64,000 bases of DNA, taken from Octopus sinensis. Lineage: Eukaryota. The notes beneath the pieces were generated by a model. It saw nothing but the letters and a program-made list of their open reading frames with translations. It was not told where the DNA came from and made no database searches. The DNA is taken from contig NC_042997.1 of the NCBI RefSeq assembly GCF_006345805.1, forward strand, positions 211,792,001 through 211,856,000. The letters are read 5' to 3'. Shown one piece after another: positions 11,806-25,825 of the stretch (the stretch's first letter is position 1; each line of letters begins with the position of its first letter). A program made the position numbers and the translations under genes.

Positions 11806-12024
11806 CATACATATGTTATATATATATATATATACATGTTTATATATATATATAAACATATGTATGTGTATATATATATAAACATGTATGTATATATATA
11901 TGAACATATGTATGTGTATATATATATGTATATATATGTATATATATATATATACATATACATACCTATTTATGCATATATATTTATATATATATATGAA
12001 TTCATATATTTATATATATAAGGA

Positions 12025-12076
<52 letters not shown>

Positions 12077-12970
12077 CATATGAATATATATATGTGTGTG
12101 TGTGTATATATATATGTATATATATACATATACATATATACATGTATGCATATGAATATATATGTGTGTGTATATATATATATATATGATTATCATTTAA
12201 CGTCCACTTCGATGATGATGATCTTCCATGCTTGCATGGCTCAGATGGGATTTCTTACAATAAAGAGCAAGCATCATCTTTGTCATAACACAACCGGTAC
12301 ATGTTATTATCTTCAGAGCAAAATAAATAAAATTTTATTCTCTATTTTTGGGTTTTATACTTTTGTGATTGAGTTGCAGGTCTTCAATGATATTCCTTCA
12401 ACAACAGAACTGAGGGGAGAGTCCTGGAAGGAAGGTTCTACAGATTAAATACAAGGATGGAAAGTACATTATTTACATTTGATGGATATAGAACAGAAAT
12501 ATGGAAGGCCATTACTAAGGGAAATAACTTCAACTGACTAAATTTATCTTTGCAATTAGGACATATAAACGTCCTCTAGGACTGATTCAAATCTAAAAAT
12601 CACCACCAAGGGAGTTAGCTTTTAAAATATCAGACCAAATTTTTAGAAAATAAAGACAGCTGATAGGAGAGGGAATATTGTTTTTTTAAAACCAAGGGGA
12701 GAAAGTGATAGAAGGCAAAGGAAATCAATATGCATCGATGTGTGTGCTGCATGGCCAATGCCAGTACACTCTGACTGGCCCCCATGTCGGTGGTACGCAA
12801 AAAGCACTCACTACACACATTAGGAATGGCATCCAGCTGTAGAAACATTGCCAGATCAGACTGGAACCTGGTGCAGCCTCCATGGCTTACCAGTCCCCAG
12901 TCAAACCGTCCAACCCATGCCAGCATGGAAAGCAGATGTTAAATGATGATGATGATAATGATGACATACA

Positions 12971-13006
<36 letters not shown>

Positions 13007-13050
13007 TATGTACAGACATACACACGTACTTTTGAAAGTGCATGTATATG

Positions 13051-13090
<40 letters not shown>

Positions 13091-13938
13091 GCAGTAAAGC
13101 TTTTTGACTTTGGGTTTCATGTTCTTGATCATTGAATGGAATTATAAAAAAAAAAAAGAAAAGAGAAATAGGGTGCCAATAAAGAATCAAAATATTTGTA
13201 AACCCATTAAACTGAGATTAGTCAAAGAGATTTGATTGATTACCAAAATATTATTTAGAAAATATGTCAACAATCTATTTATTCATTTATCCTACACAGA
13301 ACACATGCTATACACATTTATTCACAGACAAAAGTATGATATTTTTCTGCATTAAGTATCATGCGCATAAACCACACAAAGGTAAGGAAGTTGACTACTG
13401 CTAAGAACTTTTTAATATTAATAGCAGGGGCTACTAACTCCAAGATTCCGAGTGACCTGAATAATAATGACCATTCCTAAATACAACAACATCTGTTTCA
13501 ACACACGCTTTCACATCAAGAATCTTGCAAAACAAATATATAAATTTAGTATAAAAGCAATATTTATTAACAACGATACCTGGAGTTACATCTAATGGAG
13601 TTAACTGTAGAAGTAGATTCGTTTAATGGTATTATTGGAGGAATACATTTTTGTGTGTGTTAAGGAACCTCTTCCTGACAGAACTAATCGTGTGACCATT
13701 CAAGCCAGAATTGTCTACCATGACAACAGAGATGGAAATTTACACAGAGGAATATCACTCAAAGAAATCAAAGATGATCAGAAACCCCAATTCTGTCATA
13801 TGACCCCCACCTCGTGGTTTCATTAAACAATTTGCAAAACAAAATAGGGAGGAATGAAAGTGCTAATAAGAATGAAGAAATAAAAGGATTTTTTCCAAAA
13901 TTCTGCCAACTTTTTTCTCAATATTCAATTCTGAACAT

Positions 13939-14021
13939 CACACCTGACACCCTAGACACACACACCTGACACCCTAGACACACACACCTGACACCCTAGA
14001 CACACACACCTGACACCCTAG

Positions 14022-14030
<9 letters not shown>
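13939..14030 (+). repeat. 22-bp minisatellite x4
   Basis: cacacctgacaccctagacaca at 13939, 13961, 13983 and 14005. Confidence 0.9.
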
Positions 14031-14056
<26 letters not shown>

Positions 14057-14582
14057 CACACACACATATACACACGTGTGTGTGTGTATCATATCAATGT
14101 ATTTGTGTCTTTGTGCTTGTAGTATGGGGAACTGTAATATGAAGAAGAAAGTGTGATCCACCCACCTCTTGACTTTCCTGCTGGTTGAAATCAGAGACGT
14201 GCTTTACTTGTCTGACCAATCAGTAGAACCTACGCTAATTCCCTTTCTAGCTCTCACATGTCTACACATGTCCATCCACTCCCTGTGCCCGAGGCCAGAG
14301 AGGCCCATGCTGGCCCTACTTCTGCCCATGTCCTCACCTACTTTTCTTCTTCTGGTAGGGCCTCTCAGCCATTGATGTCACTGACCCTTTTCGTCCAGTT
14401 CACCTCCCCACCTACAGTGTCTGTTTGTTCCCCACCATTGTTTGACAACCGGTGTTGGTGTGTTTATGTCCCCAAAATTTAATGGTCTGGCAAAATAAAG
14501 AGTACTGGAGTCAATTCATTTGACTATAATTAGCATAGTCACCGTTTAATTACTGAAACAAGTAATATATACATATATACAT

Positions 14583-14614
<32 letters not shown>

Positions 14615-14888
14615 GTATATATATATATATATATATACATTCATAAATGAGGGTGAAAAATTAGATATTAATTTAATAATACCATCAGTTTAACACCAAG
14701 TGGCCTAGCACATAAAAACCAGGGAGACAATACATATTTATACGTAAACATAAGAGAGTTACCGTTAAGTGGTTAACTCTAGTGCTAAAAATAGCTCCTT
14801 ATTCTGGTATAGCCACCGAAGTTGTTTCCACAAAGAGATAACATTACCTTCAACGTAAGGAAAGCGAAATACAACAAAAAGATAGATT

Positions 14889-14966
14889 AATGCTGAACAA
14901 TTGTTTCTTTTTCAATATAATATGCAATTATGCTCACATATTTATCTATAAGTCATCAGCAGCATT
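14889..14966 (-). ncRNA. Type I hammerhead ribozyme motif
   Basis: Minus strand aatgctg CTGATGA [long stem II] GAAA caatt GTT cagcatt: perfect 7-bp stem I and palindromic stem III (aacaattgtt); the first stem II pair is mismatched. Confidence 0.65.
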
Positions 14967-15529
14967 TGTCTTCGATACAATTTATTAGACCCTCACGGGC
15001 GACAAATACCCATGCGGTCCAACTGATTGCATACATAGTTGTGATTTTAGGTTCCCCGCCAAAAGCATAGTAAGACTAGTGGAAACGAATACTAAAATCA
15101 ACAGGTATGATGTGAAGTTAACATACGCAACCTTCCACACTAAATAACACAAAAGTAAATAAAAGCAAGAACACTCAGAGAGCACAAACCTCTGCCAAGG
15201 CAACAACAATGTCCTCTCAATGATTTGCCAGAGGGGATTTTTAAAATGAGAATATCTGAAATAAACTCGACTGTTCTCACAAATGAGAATACTAAAAATG
15301 AACCTGACCACTCTCAAAAATTAAGTAAAAAAAAACAAGAAAAGTAGTGCAGAATCCTTGTTTGGTACTGGATCTGTGCTAAAAATTAAGTTTTAATAAG
15401 TAGGAAATAAGACAGGATATTGCTACCAGCAAGAGAATGACTGCATATACACTCTGTACTTGACTAACACTTACTTTCTGAAACATATGTATGTTGAATT
15501 CTAACATCAGGTTATTAGAATTGCTGTAG

Positions 15530-17470
15530 CCAAGAGAAGCCCATCAAGAATCACCACTGGGATGCTTAAAATACCAGGCTGAGTGGGATATGATCTGGTC
15601 ACCTGTATAGTCAAACAGGTCGTCCATGGAAGGAGTCCAATGACTTGTGTAGCAACATTATAGTCAACTGCTACAAAGGTAAAGATGATGCCCCAGAGAG
15701 GAATAATTACAGAGACATCAAGTTGCTGGACCAGGTGATGAAAGTTGCTGAAAGGGTCTTAGCTCAATTAATTAAGGGGAGAGTTAGTATAGATAAAATG
15801 CAGTTTGGATTTGTGCCTGGCTGGAGCATGACTGATGTTGTATTCCTGGTTAGGTGACTGCAGGAGAAATACCTGGCCAAAAATAAACCTCTGTATTTTG
15901 GCTTTTGTTGATATGGAGAAAACCTTTCAACAGGGTCCTCCTACCTCCTTATCTGGTGGCCAATATAGATGCCAGAGATAGATGAGTGGTTGGGGAGAGC
16001 TGTAGAAGACACGTATAGGGATGCCGTTGGTAAGGTGAGGGTTGGCAATGAGTATAGCAATGAGTTTAGTGTAGAAGTAAAGAGTCCACCAGGGTTCGGT
16101 TCTTAGACCCCCTCTTATTTATCATAGTCCTCCAAGCTATAAATGGGGAATTTAAGACTGGCTGTCCTCGGGAGCTCCTCAATGCTGATGCCTTGTTCTT
16201 ATCTCTAAATTTCAGCCTGAACTAGTGAAGAAATTTCAGGTATGGAAGCAAGATCTGGAATCAATTAATTTAGCAAAGATCAAAGTATTGATAAGTAGGA
16301 AAACAAATAAATCACAGATCCCTTCTGGGATCAATATGCAGAAAAGTTGTCTGGAGTTGGTGTACCAAGTGCAAGCTATGGGCACATAAGAGGTGCAGCA
16401 GTCTTCTTCTTCTAGCACTCTGTCGGTTACGACGATGAGGGTTCCAGTTGATCTGAATCAATGGAACAGCCTGCTCATGAAATTAACGTGTAAGTGGCTG
16501 AGCACTCCACAGGCACGTGCACCCTTAACGTAGTTCTCGGGGATATTCAGCGTGACACAGAGAGTGACAAGGCCGGCCCCCTTGAAATACAGGTACAACA
16601 GAAACAGGAAGTAAGAGTGAGAGAAAGTTGTGGTGAAAGAGTACAGCAGGGATCACCACCATCCCCTGCCGGAGACTCGTGGAGCTTTTAGGTGTTTTCC
16701 CTCAATAAACACTCACAACGCCTGGTCTGGGAATCAAAACCGCGCTCCTATGACTGCGAGTCCGCTGCCCTAACCACTGGGCCATTGCGCCTCCACGGTG
16801 CAGCACTATCACTGGGTGACTAACAGAGAAAGTAGTCCTTACATGTGGCAGATGTGCAGCTACATTAAACACAAGGAATGTAAGGAAAATAGACCCCCTC
16901 AAAAGTCAGTGGGGATCCTCAGAAGTAGTAGAGGGTTTCTGTTACTTAGGTGACCAAGTTAGCAGAGGTAGAGGTTGTTCTGAAAGCATAGCTGCTAGAA
17001 TGAGAACCGGCTGGGCAGAGGTTAGAGAGCTACTACCTCTGTTGGTAACAAAGGACTTCCCTCTTGGAGTGAAAAGCAGATTGTATGATGCCAGTGTATG
17101 AACGGCTATGCTACGTGGCAGTGAAACATGGGCTGTGACTATTGAGGACATGTGAAGGTTTGAAAGAAATGAAGCCAGTATGCTCTGCTGGATGGGTGAT
17201 GTCAGTGTGTATATATATATGGCAGTGTGTATATATGGCAGATTTGAGAAAGAACTTGGTATATGAGACATCAAATGTTGTGTGCAAGAGAGGAGACTGC
17301 ACTGGTACGGTCATGTGATGCGTATAAATGAAGATAGCTGCATTGAAGAAGTAGACCCAGGAAGATGTGGTACAAAGTGGTGAGAAAGGATCTTCAGATT
17401 TTGGGTCTCACAAAGGGGATGACAAGGGGCCAAGTCTCCTAGTGGATTGCTGTGCTTGAGAAGACACATC
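15530..17470 (+). mobile_element. Degenerate RTE-clade LINE (RT region)
   Basis: CYKGKDDA.ERNNYRDIKLL, QFGFVPG, AFVDMEK, HQGSVL.PLLF, ADAL; same family as 8680. Confidence 0.88.
16401..16796 (-). mobile_element. SINE family C nested in an RTE LINE
   Basis: Reverse complement of 6395-6766; TSD ggtgcagca. Confidence 0.82.
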
Positions 17471-17580
17471 AAGATAAGTAAAATTGTGGTTCTCCTTGCA
17501 CACAGATATGGCCCCTGCATCTCTCTTCAGCTAAGTGATCCTAATCTTGCAGGCCCATTCTTCTTCTTCTTCTTCTTCTT

Positions 17581-17611
<31 letters not shown>

Positions 17612-18071
17612 TTATTATTATTATTATTATTATTATGTAAAGGAGTTTGGTTTGGCCCCATGGGAGCCAGTCACGCACAGATGGTGTTCTTAATGTTCCA
17701 CTGGCACCAGGGCCAATCAGGTGGTACTGTCATCGCCCACGTCAGCGATTTTGGTTTGTTTACACTTGCCTCAATAGGTCTTCGCAAACAAAGTTCATTG
17801 TCCAATGATCAATGAGGGGTACTCATAAGTGGCCTGGTTACACCCCACACTCAGATGTACTTTTAACGTTACAATGGCATGAGTGCAAATCAGCAGTACT
17901 GTTGTGTGCTGCGTCAGCGATTTTGATGTCACTTGCCTCACTTTGCAAGCAAGGTTTATTGTTCAACAAATGAAGGGTACTTATAAGTGGGCTTACACAC
18001 ACATATATATGTGCATAAGTGTGCACATGCACACACACACACACACATATGTGTATGTGGTGTGTGTATAC

Positions 18072-18132
<61 letters not shown>

Positions 18133-18140
18133 CAGTATAT

Positions 18141-18174
<34 letters not shown>

Positions 18175-18260
18175 GACTATTTTTGACTATTTATTAAATT
18201 TTATGTATTGATTAAGTCTTTCCTTGTTTGTTTTGCAAAATAGTGGTTTTGTCTCAAATA

Positions 18261-18302
<42 letters not shown>

Positions 18303-18909
18303 TAAATTAGAGATAAAACCACTATTAGGCAAATCAAACAGTGAAAAATATAAGCCAATACATAAAATTAATTTAAAAATATAAAAATAAAAAATAAAAA
18401 ATTATTTAAATAATTTAAACTTATAAATTTTATATATATATACAAATATAATATATATATATATGTATGTATGTATATTTTTATATATATATATATTATT
18501 TAATTAATTAATTTTTTTTTTAATATATCAAAAGTATTAAAAGTTTAATAAAAGATAAAGAATTAAAGAGTAAAACACATATATATATGTACATACACAT
18601 GCACATATATATGCATATATACGTATATACATATGTGTGTGGCTTTGTAACAATTATCTTTGTTGTTTTTTATCTTGTTCATATTTTTATATTGTGTGTG
18701 TTTCGTTGCTGCCATCTGCCATTTTCTCCATAGTTATCAACTGACCACATGGAGTTTCTCAACCAAAGCCATTAAAAGAGAACTTTGACTTTCTAACAGG
18801 AACATCACATGTCCTCAAGAATACACTGCCTGTCTGTCTGACAAAGACACAGACAACAACAACAACAACAACAACAGCAGCAGCAGCAGTAGCAGTAGCA
18901 ACATCAAAT

Positions 18910-18981
18910 ATGTCTCAGAATATCATTGTATTGTTACTGTTTTGTGTTGGAACTGTTGGTGCCATACCAATAAAGTCTGAG
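18910..18981 (+). CDS. Astacin-MAM metalloprotease (myosinase/ALSM-like, meprin-related), coding exon 1: signal peptide
   Basis: ATG; MSQNIIVLLLFCVGTVGA|IPIKSE has a hydrophobic core and a V-G-A cleavage site; donor GAG|gtattt, phase 0. Confidence 0.8.
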
Positions 18982-19895
18982 GTATTTTAGTTTTCTTCTT
19001 CATAATTCCAACTCTTTTTTCTCTCTTAGTTTTTATTATTTAACAGTGAAATTTGGATTACTTTCAGAATAAATATCTCAGGGACACCATCTGTATGAAA
19101 AAACAACAATTCAGTCTTTTTGTTAACATAAATAATCTAAATAATCTAAATAATCTAAAAAGCATTTGTAAGCTAACTTGAAATATATATGTGGTGGTTA
19201 AAAAAACATCAGTCACTCACTAATATTATTTTCATTTTTGCTGGCAAGTATGGGAGAAAACTCTGGACATGTTTTGGTCTTATTCTGACCTTATCAACGA
19301 AACATGGTTTTAACCATATTTGATTAAACAATAATGACTGAATTTACAATTAAATGCATTAGATTAGATAATAGTTTTAAAAAAAAAGTAGAATCGTTTA
19401 AGGATACATAACTTAGGGATGACATCTGCATAAGAAGAACAATTTCATTAAATTAGTCTAATGTATTTAGGGTGATATCTTATTTTGTGTTTTTATGTTC
19501 TGAGTTCAAATTGTCCCATGGTCAAGTTTGACTCTCAGTCTTTCAGGGTCAATAAGACAGGTTCATCTGATTGTGCCTTCTCTCAGCAACTAAGGTGAAC
19601 TTGTGTCAATATTGAAAGACACTATTACAGAGAACAGCAGGTAGGTAGACAAACGGTTAAACAGAAAGGTTGCTGGTAGACAAAAGGTGTTGTTCTATTT
19701 AATTCCTTTCGGTTCTGGGTTCAAATCCTATCGATGTCAAGTTTATGTTTCATCCTTTTGAGGTCAATAAAGTACCAGCCATATGCTGGGGTCAATTATA
19801 GTCTCCCTTCAAATATTACAATCTTATCTCTAATTAAAAATTCATTATTAAACATAATATTCATATTAAATATATTGAATATTTTTTTCTTGCAG

Positions 19896-19914
19896 TTTGA
19901 ATATTTGCCTGAAG
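19896..19914 (+). CDS. Astacin-MAM protease exon 2 (19-nt micro-exon, propeptide)
   Basis: ttttcttgcag|TTTGAATATTTGCCTGAAG|gtaaga; FEYLPE. Needed to change phase 0 to phase 1. Confidence 0.72.
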
Positions 19915-20077
19915 GTAAGATATTTTTTAATTTTCTGTTTTTATGTTTTTTGGCAAACAAACATTATAAACATGTAATACACACACACACACACAGACAC
20001 ACACACACACACACACACAGACACACACACACACACACACAGACACACAGACACACACACACACACACACAGAATAA

Positions 20078-21170
20078 CAGGCATCCATTGGTCTCGATAG
20101 ACGTTTGATCCGTGCCTGGAGAATTTGTGCCAGCTGCTGATGGTGGAGCAGTGCCTGCTGTGCCACCACAGGCCCACATGGCAGTTGCTCTCATCTACAC
20201 AGTGACTGCATTTGAAGAAGCTCTCTACTGGCACCACTGGCTTTACTGTTCTTTGGATGCAACTCTACTTTTGGAAAGTTCCAGATTCTCTTCCCCTCAC
20301 TCCATCTCCAAGTATTTGTCTTCAGCGACCATTTGCTCTCATCTCAGGACATCCTCTCATCTCCTCTCACCTCAGGACATCCAAATCTATCGACTTCATA
20401 TCTCTCTTGCAGACATCCTTGAAACAAAGATGAGGTTGTCCTCATGCTCTTGTGTTGGTGGCCAATTCCTCATGCAAGAGGTCTTTTAGGCTCCTCCTGT
20501 TTGGGTTATGATATGCATGCATTAGGAAGGGCATCCACCTGTAGAAACTCTGCCAGTGATGATAGAACTGAGATCGGTGAATTCATGGACTGCCTCCAGC
20601 TTGTAGTTGTTGATGGTGGTATGGTGGTCTTCAGGCCAATCGTCAGGCTAAATTCCTGACAAGCCTTTCAGAGTTTTGTCCAGAGTGCGCTGTCAGTACT
20701 GTGTCATTTGTGAACAGAATTTCTCTGATGAGTTCCTGGCACAGCCTGGATTTTGCTTTCTGCCTCAACAGACTAAACAGTTTACTGTCTGATCTGGTGT
20801 TAAGGTAAACACCATCAGTTGATGCCTTAAATGTATGTTTCAGCATGACTGCAAAGAAGATGCCAAACTGGGTGGAAGCCAGCACACAGCCCTGCTTCAT
20901 GCCTCTAACTATGTTGAATACCTCTGAAGAAAAACCATCAAATTGAATGACATCTTTCATATCCACATGAAACAAATGGACAATCCTGAGAAGTCTTGGA
21001 GGACAGGCAAGGATTTTGAGCAGGCCATCTCTACTAACTAGGTCAAGAGCCATTTTAAGGTAAAAAAAAGATGATGAAGGGTGGTTACCTTTGCTCTTGG
21101 CACTTCTGCAGCTGACAAAGAGAGAAGATTGTGTCGATGGTGGAGCGTTCTCACCTGAAACCTAAAAGCA
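20078..21170 (-). mobile_element. Degenerate RTE (BovB-like) LINE, internally deleted
   Basis: ORF 20643-21053: RGMKQGCVLASTQFGIFF...REILFTND. The C-terminal Cys/His segment and 3' end lie at 20078-20250. Confidence 0.78.
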
Positions 21171-22072
21171 CAGAGATTCAGGCTTTACCCTCTTGGCGAT
21201 TTCCTCTACTCTCTCTCTTTCCCCCTCTCTCCCTCTCTCTCTTCCCCTCGCTCTCTCTCTTCCCCTCGCTCTCTCCCCCCTCTCTCTTCTCCTCTCTCTC
21301 TTCCCCTCGCTCTCTCCTCCTCTCTCTTTTCTCCTTTCTCTCTCTTCCCTCTCTCTCCCTCTCTGTATTATTGATATCCAGTAGCCCCTCAAACTCTGTA
21401 CCCAGGTCTTTTGCCACTTACTCGCACTCTTTAATTGCACTCCCTTCGCAATACCCTCTCACTTATGGCATTTAAACCTGAAGGCTATGTCCTGGCCCTT
21501 GCCACTATCTGTATCTCTCTCTCCCTTTACTCAACCATTTCATTTATACTCTGATCCCCATTCCTTGTGAGCATACCAGGCATTTTTCCACCATCTCCCT
21601 CCTATGGCCTCTCTCTCTCTATCTCTCTCTCCTCTTGCACTTTGCTCAGGCTGGGCAACCGTGTATAATTATATAAAGGAAAAAAATAATTTTTAAAAAA
21701 AACTATAGATATATTGGGGAAAAAATTATAGCAAGATTATTTATCAGGAGTTTCTATGTTTAAACGATAGAGTCCTAAACATTGTAAACTATGAAATGGT
21801 GAGGCATAATTATAAGGAAAGGAATGTTTAGGCAGGAGAATTACAGGGTAAGGAATAAAGGAATTGGATGGGGAACAAATTATTCAGACACAATGCTTAC
21901 CTATATAAAGAAGTTAGCTATGCATAAATGATCAGAGGGGCTAAGGGTCACTGGAATACAGAATGCATTACTGAACTCAAGGATATATATATATAATATA
22001 TATATATATATACACATGTATGTATGTATGTATGTATGTATGTATGTATGTATATATCTGTGTGTGTGTGTG

Positions 22073-22103
<31 letters not shown>

Positions 22104-22973
22104 TGAAAATGTTCGTTATAGGTATAAAAATACCATAAAGAATTATAAAAATGGAGAAAAGTTGTTAAAAAGTCAAAATTGGATTTAATAGGTACATACA
22201 AATGTTTCAAAAGGCAATACAAATATGTAAGAAAAAATTATAATGATAATAATTATAATTAAAGTTATGCATTGTCATTCTTGACAGTGTGAAGAATTTA
22301 AGGAAAAACCTCAAAAAAGTTATTAATAAAAATCAAGAAGGAAAAACAAATGGTGTAACAGGAAAATTTAACCAGATATTTATAAATAAGTTGTAAAAAG
22401 GAAAGAATCAAGAGAAACGAAAAAGGAAATGTCAATGTGTATGCAAGTCTATTTATGCAAAAAAACCTATAAATTTGGCTAACAGATATAGATAGATAGA
22501 TTTATAGATGCTCACATTATATTGTATATTATATATGATATATATGATGATGTATAATATGTATGTAGTCTACAATATTGTAGATGGCAGAAACTGTAAA
22601 AAAAAACCCTGTTTCTTATTTCTCTCTCTTGTCCACGCATTCTATAATAACTCAATATGGCTGAACTTTTTGTAAACCAACTATTTTATATTCTTCGCCG
22701 ATCATTTCTGATATTATTTACCCGTCATTGAATTTTGTGATCATTTAATCATTTAAACATGTTTTCTACTTTGTAATTTTAAATTCTATTAAAATGCCAT
22801 TTTTTTTTTATATACATTTGTACCATTGATAAACAAAATATTGCTGAAACTAGTTTGGTATGTATGGGAATAAATTTATTTAAAAACAATTACAAGTTTT
22901 TCAAATACAGGTGCATTTTCAAAAACAAATTCTTCTCTCTCTCTCTCCACATACACACGCACAAAAGCACACA

Positions 22974-23031
<58 letters not shown>

Positions 23032-23067
23032 GATATATATACATATATATATATATATACATAGAAT

Positions 23068-23113
<46 letters not shown>

Positions 23114-23156
23114 GATATATATATACATATATATATATATACATAGATATATATAC

Positions 23157-23233
<77 letters not shown>

Positions 23234-23992
23234 CGGGAGTGCATAGCATTTACATAAATATAATATTTCAATAATTTTACAAAAACATAACAAACTGGAA
23301 ATTCATCATCAGTCAACAGCTTAAAAATCGTCACAGTTTCATGCCTTTAACATTGACAGTGTTCACTTTTGGGGGTCACAAGCTGCAAAAATCCATTGGG
23401 AATAGCTAATGGACATACAGGACACTGATGACAAAATAAAATATACATATACAACAAAAGATGGTTGTGTGGCCACATCACAGATATGTATGGGGTAACA
23501 CAAAGGAAAATGAAAATGTCCTGTAAGATTGGAGACGAGAGGAGGACGGACAGAAAGTGAGAATGAAAGAAGAAGTAAAGTATTGGGGAGGGGAAGAAAA
23601 ATATTTTTGTTGTTTTTGTAAAATCTCAGAAAATAATTAAAAATTCACATTTTTTATCAAATTATTTTGTTATATTTATCTATCTATCCAACTGTAAACA
23701 TTTTAAATATTTCACTAAAGAGAGAGGGAGGAAGGCAAAAGAGAGGCAAAGATAGATAGAGAGAGAGAGAAATAGACGTTGCACAAAAAATATTCTAAGA
23801 ATATTTTACAAATGAGTAAAAAAAAGGAAGAGTGGAAAGTGTTACATAAATAATATTTAAAAAATTTAACAAAAATACAGCAAACGGAAAATTTTCCAAA
23901 GTTTATAAAAAAATATACAACAAAAAGGTTATTGTATGACATGTGTGATATTGTGTGATACTAAATATGCAAATATTCTTTTTCCCTTCCAG

Positions 23993-24025
23993 GATTCGAT
24001 CCTGCTCACCCAGAAGATGTCCCAG
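23993..24025 (+). CDS. Astacin-MAM protease exon 3 (33-nt micro-exon, propeptide)
   Basis: tttcccttccag|...|gtatgg; (G)FDPAHPEDVP; symmetric phase 1-1. Confidence 0.7.
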
Positions 24026-24066
24026 GTATGGTCATATAACATTAATTGAAGTCTTTTTATTGTAAA

Positions 24067-24462
24067 CTAGCAGTATCGCCCGGCGTTGCTCGGGTTTGTA
24101 AGGGAAATAACTATATAAGCATTTTTAGAGAGTTATAGCCAAAAAATAGCAAAAAAATGCATTAAAAATGGAAAAAAAATTATGGTAAATTTTTTTAAAA
24201 ATCGTTGACACATCGTAGACATTTTTAGAGAGTTACTTCCCTTATATAATAGAAAAAAAATTAAAATGGAAAAAAATGACGGTAAATTTTTTTTTAATCG
24301 TAGACTCATCGTAGACGCACGCTAATACCCAGAAGGGCTCGATATGAATCACGACTATAAGATACCCAGTTTCGGTTAAACTGCACCGCAAAATGTGGGA
24401 GTAGTTAGGAATCTAAATCGTAGGAAACAGACAGCACACAACTTCACTTTTATATATAAAGA
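24067..24462 (-). mobile_element. Non-autonomous Helitron (family copy 2)
   Basis: Reverse-complement homologue of 2008-2406 with the same TC and CTAG ends. Confidence 0.85.
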
Positions 24463-25117
24463 TTTGTCCATAACTATTTCTGTGTTGACACTGGAAAGGA
24501 GAGGAAGGAAATAGAAAGCAAAAACAAACACAAATAATGTGAATGAATTTATGGCCATGGTTGATGGTTGATGGTTGATGGTTGATGGTTGATGGTTGTG
24601 TTGTGGCTGAAGTCTACTGTTCAGCCTCAGGACTGGGCATTATCAAAGTGTCCATTAATTTTACAGGACTGCTAGCAACACTAACAGCAGCAATGATAAC
24701 ACTCCCACCACCACCACCACCACCACTGTCGCCACCACCACCACCACCACTGTCGCCACCACCACCACCACACTATCTCCCCACTATCAACAAAAGCACT
24801 AACACTATTACTACCAATAATGCTGCCTAAATGATTTGGTGTATCCTTTCTAAGTAATAGAGAATTCTTCCTTAATGATAGTGTATTCTTCATAAGCGAT
24901 CTAGTGTATCCTTCTTCAATGATTTAGTGTGTCCTTCCTAAATGACCTAATATATCATCCCTAAGTGATTTAGTGTATCATTCCAATGTGACCAAGTTTA
25001 TCATTCATATGAGATTCAGAAATCCACCAAAGTCTTTAACAATCTTGGATCAAGCTTCAATGCTCTGAAGGGAAGAATATCAGAGAGAAAACCCACCACC
25101 ACCACCTGCAGCAGCAG

Positions 25118-25487
25118 TGGAGGTGCAATGGCCCAATGGTTAGGGCAGCGGACTCGCGGTCAGAAGATCGTGGTTTCGATTCCCAGACTGGACGTTGTGT
25201 GTGTTTATTGAGCGAAAACAACTAAAGCACCACGAGGCTCCAGCTGGGGGTGGTGACGACCCCTGTTGTACTCTTTTGCCCCAACTTTCTCTCACTCTTT
25301 CTTCCTATTTCTTGTCCCCGACTTCCTACGCAACCGCTGAGCCTGGATGCTGCGCATTCATCCATCCGTCGATGCTCTCGGTGTCGGGAGTTGACCTGCT
25401 TTCTCTTCTGCGGGTCTTACGAATAGCAAAGGACCATGTTTCGGACTTCTCCCATCTTGCGAGCTGTGGGACGAAGACCGTTCGCTC
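25118..25487 (+). mobile_element. SINE with family C head and a different 3' half
   Basis: The first ~195 nt match 6395; the rest is unrelated and ends cgaagaccgttcgctc + (CAA/CAG)n. Confidence 0.75.
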
Positions 25488-25781
25488 AACAGCAACAGCA
25501 ACAACAACAGCACCACCTTCATCATCTTCATCATCACCCCCCCCACCACCACCAGTACCACCACCACCTACAACAACAACAGCTGCTACTACTACTTCTA
25601 CTACTTGTCTAGTACCTTATATAATAAGAAGGGCTGGTAATTAGAAATGAAATCAAGGAAGAGGGTGAGGGAAAGGTTTTCTGGTTTTAATGAAACGTCG
25701 AAGTTTCTATTTTCTAAAACAGTTTTAAACAGGAAAAAATGTTGCCCTGTTTCATGTTTTTTTTTTTTTTTCTTTTACCAG

Positions 25782-25825
25782 GAATGTTCCAAGGTGATAT
25801 TGATCTCGATGGACATAGTCCTTGG
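25782..25825 (+). CDS. Astacin-MAM protease exon 4 (propeptide aspartate-switch motif)
   Basis: poly-T + accag acceptor; (G)MFQGDIDLDGHSPW carries the astacin FxGDI motif; donor TGG|gtaaat, phase 0. Confidence 0.85.

Noticed and set aside
12300-13200. Polyadenylation site of the TXNDC16-like gene
   Set aside because: Several AATAAA matches in AT-rich, repeat-laden sequence; cannot choose one without transcript data.
22195-22291. Minus-strand aca-CTGTCAA...GAAAcatttGTA-tgt possible hammerhead relic
   Set aside because: Two core mismatches and only a 3-bp stem I; too weak to count without a family consensus.
23300-23345. Minus-strand GAAA...CTGATGA arrangement resembling a type II hammerhead
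   Set aside because: No stem I hairpin and a mismatched stem II base; cannot be folded.
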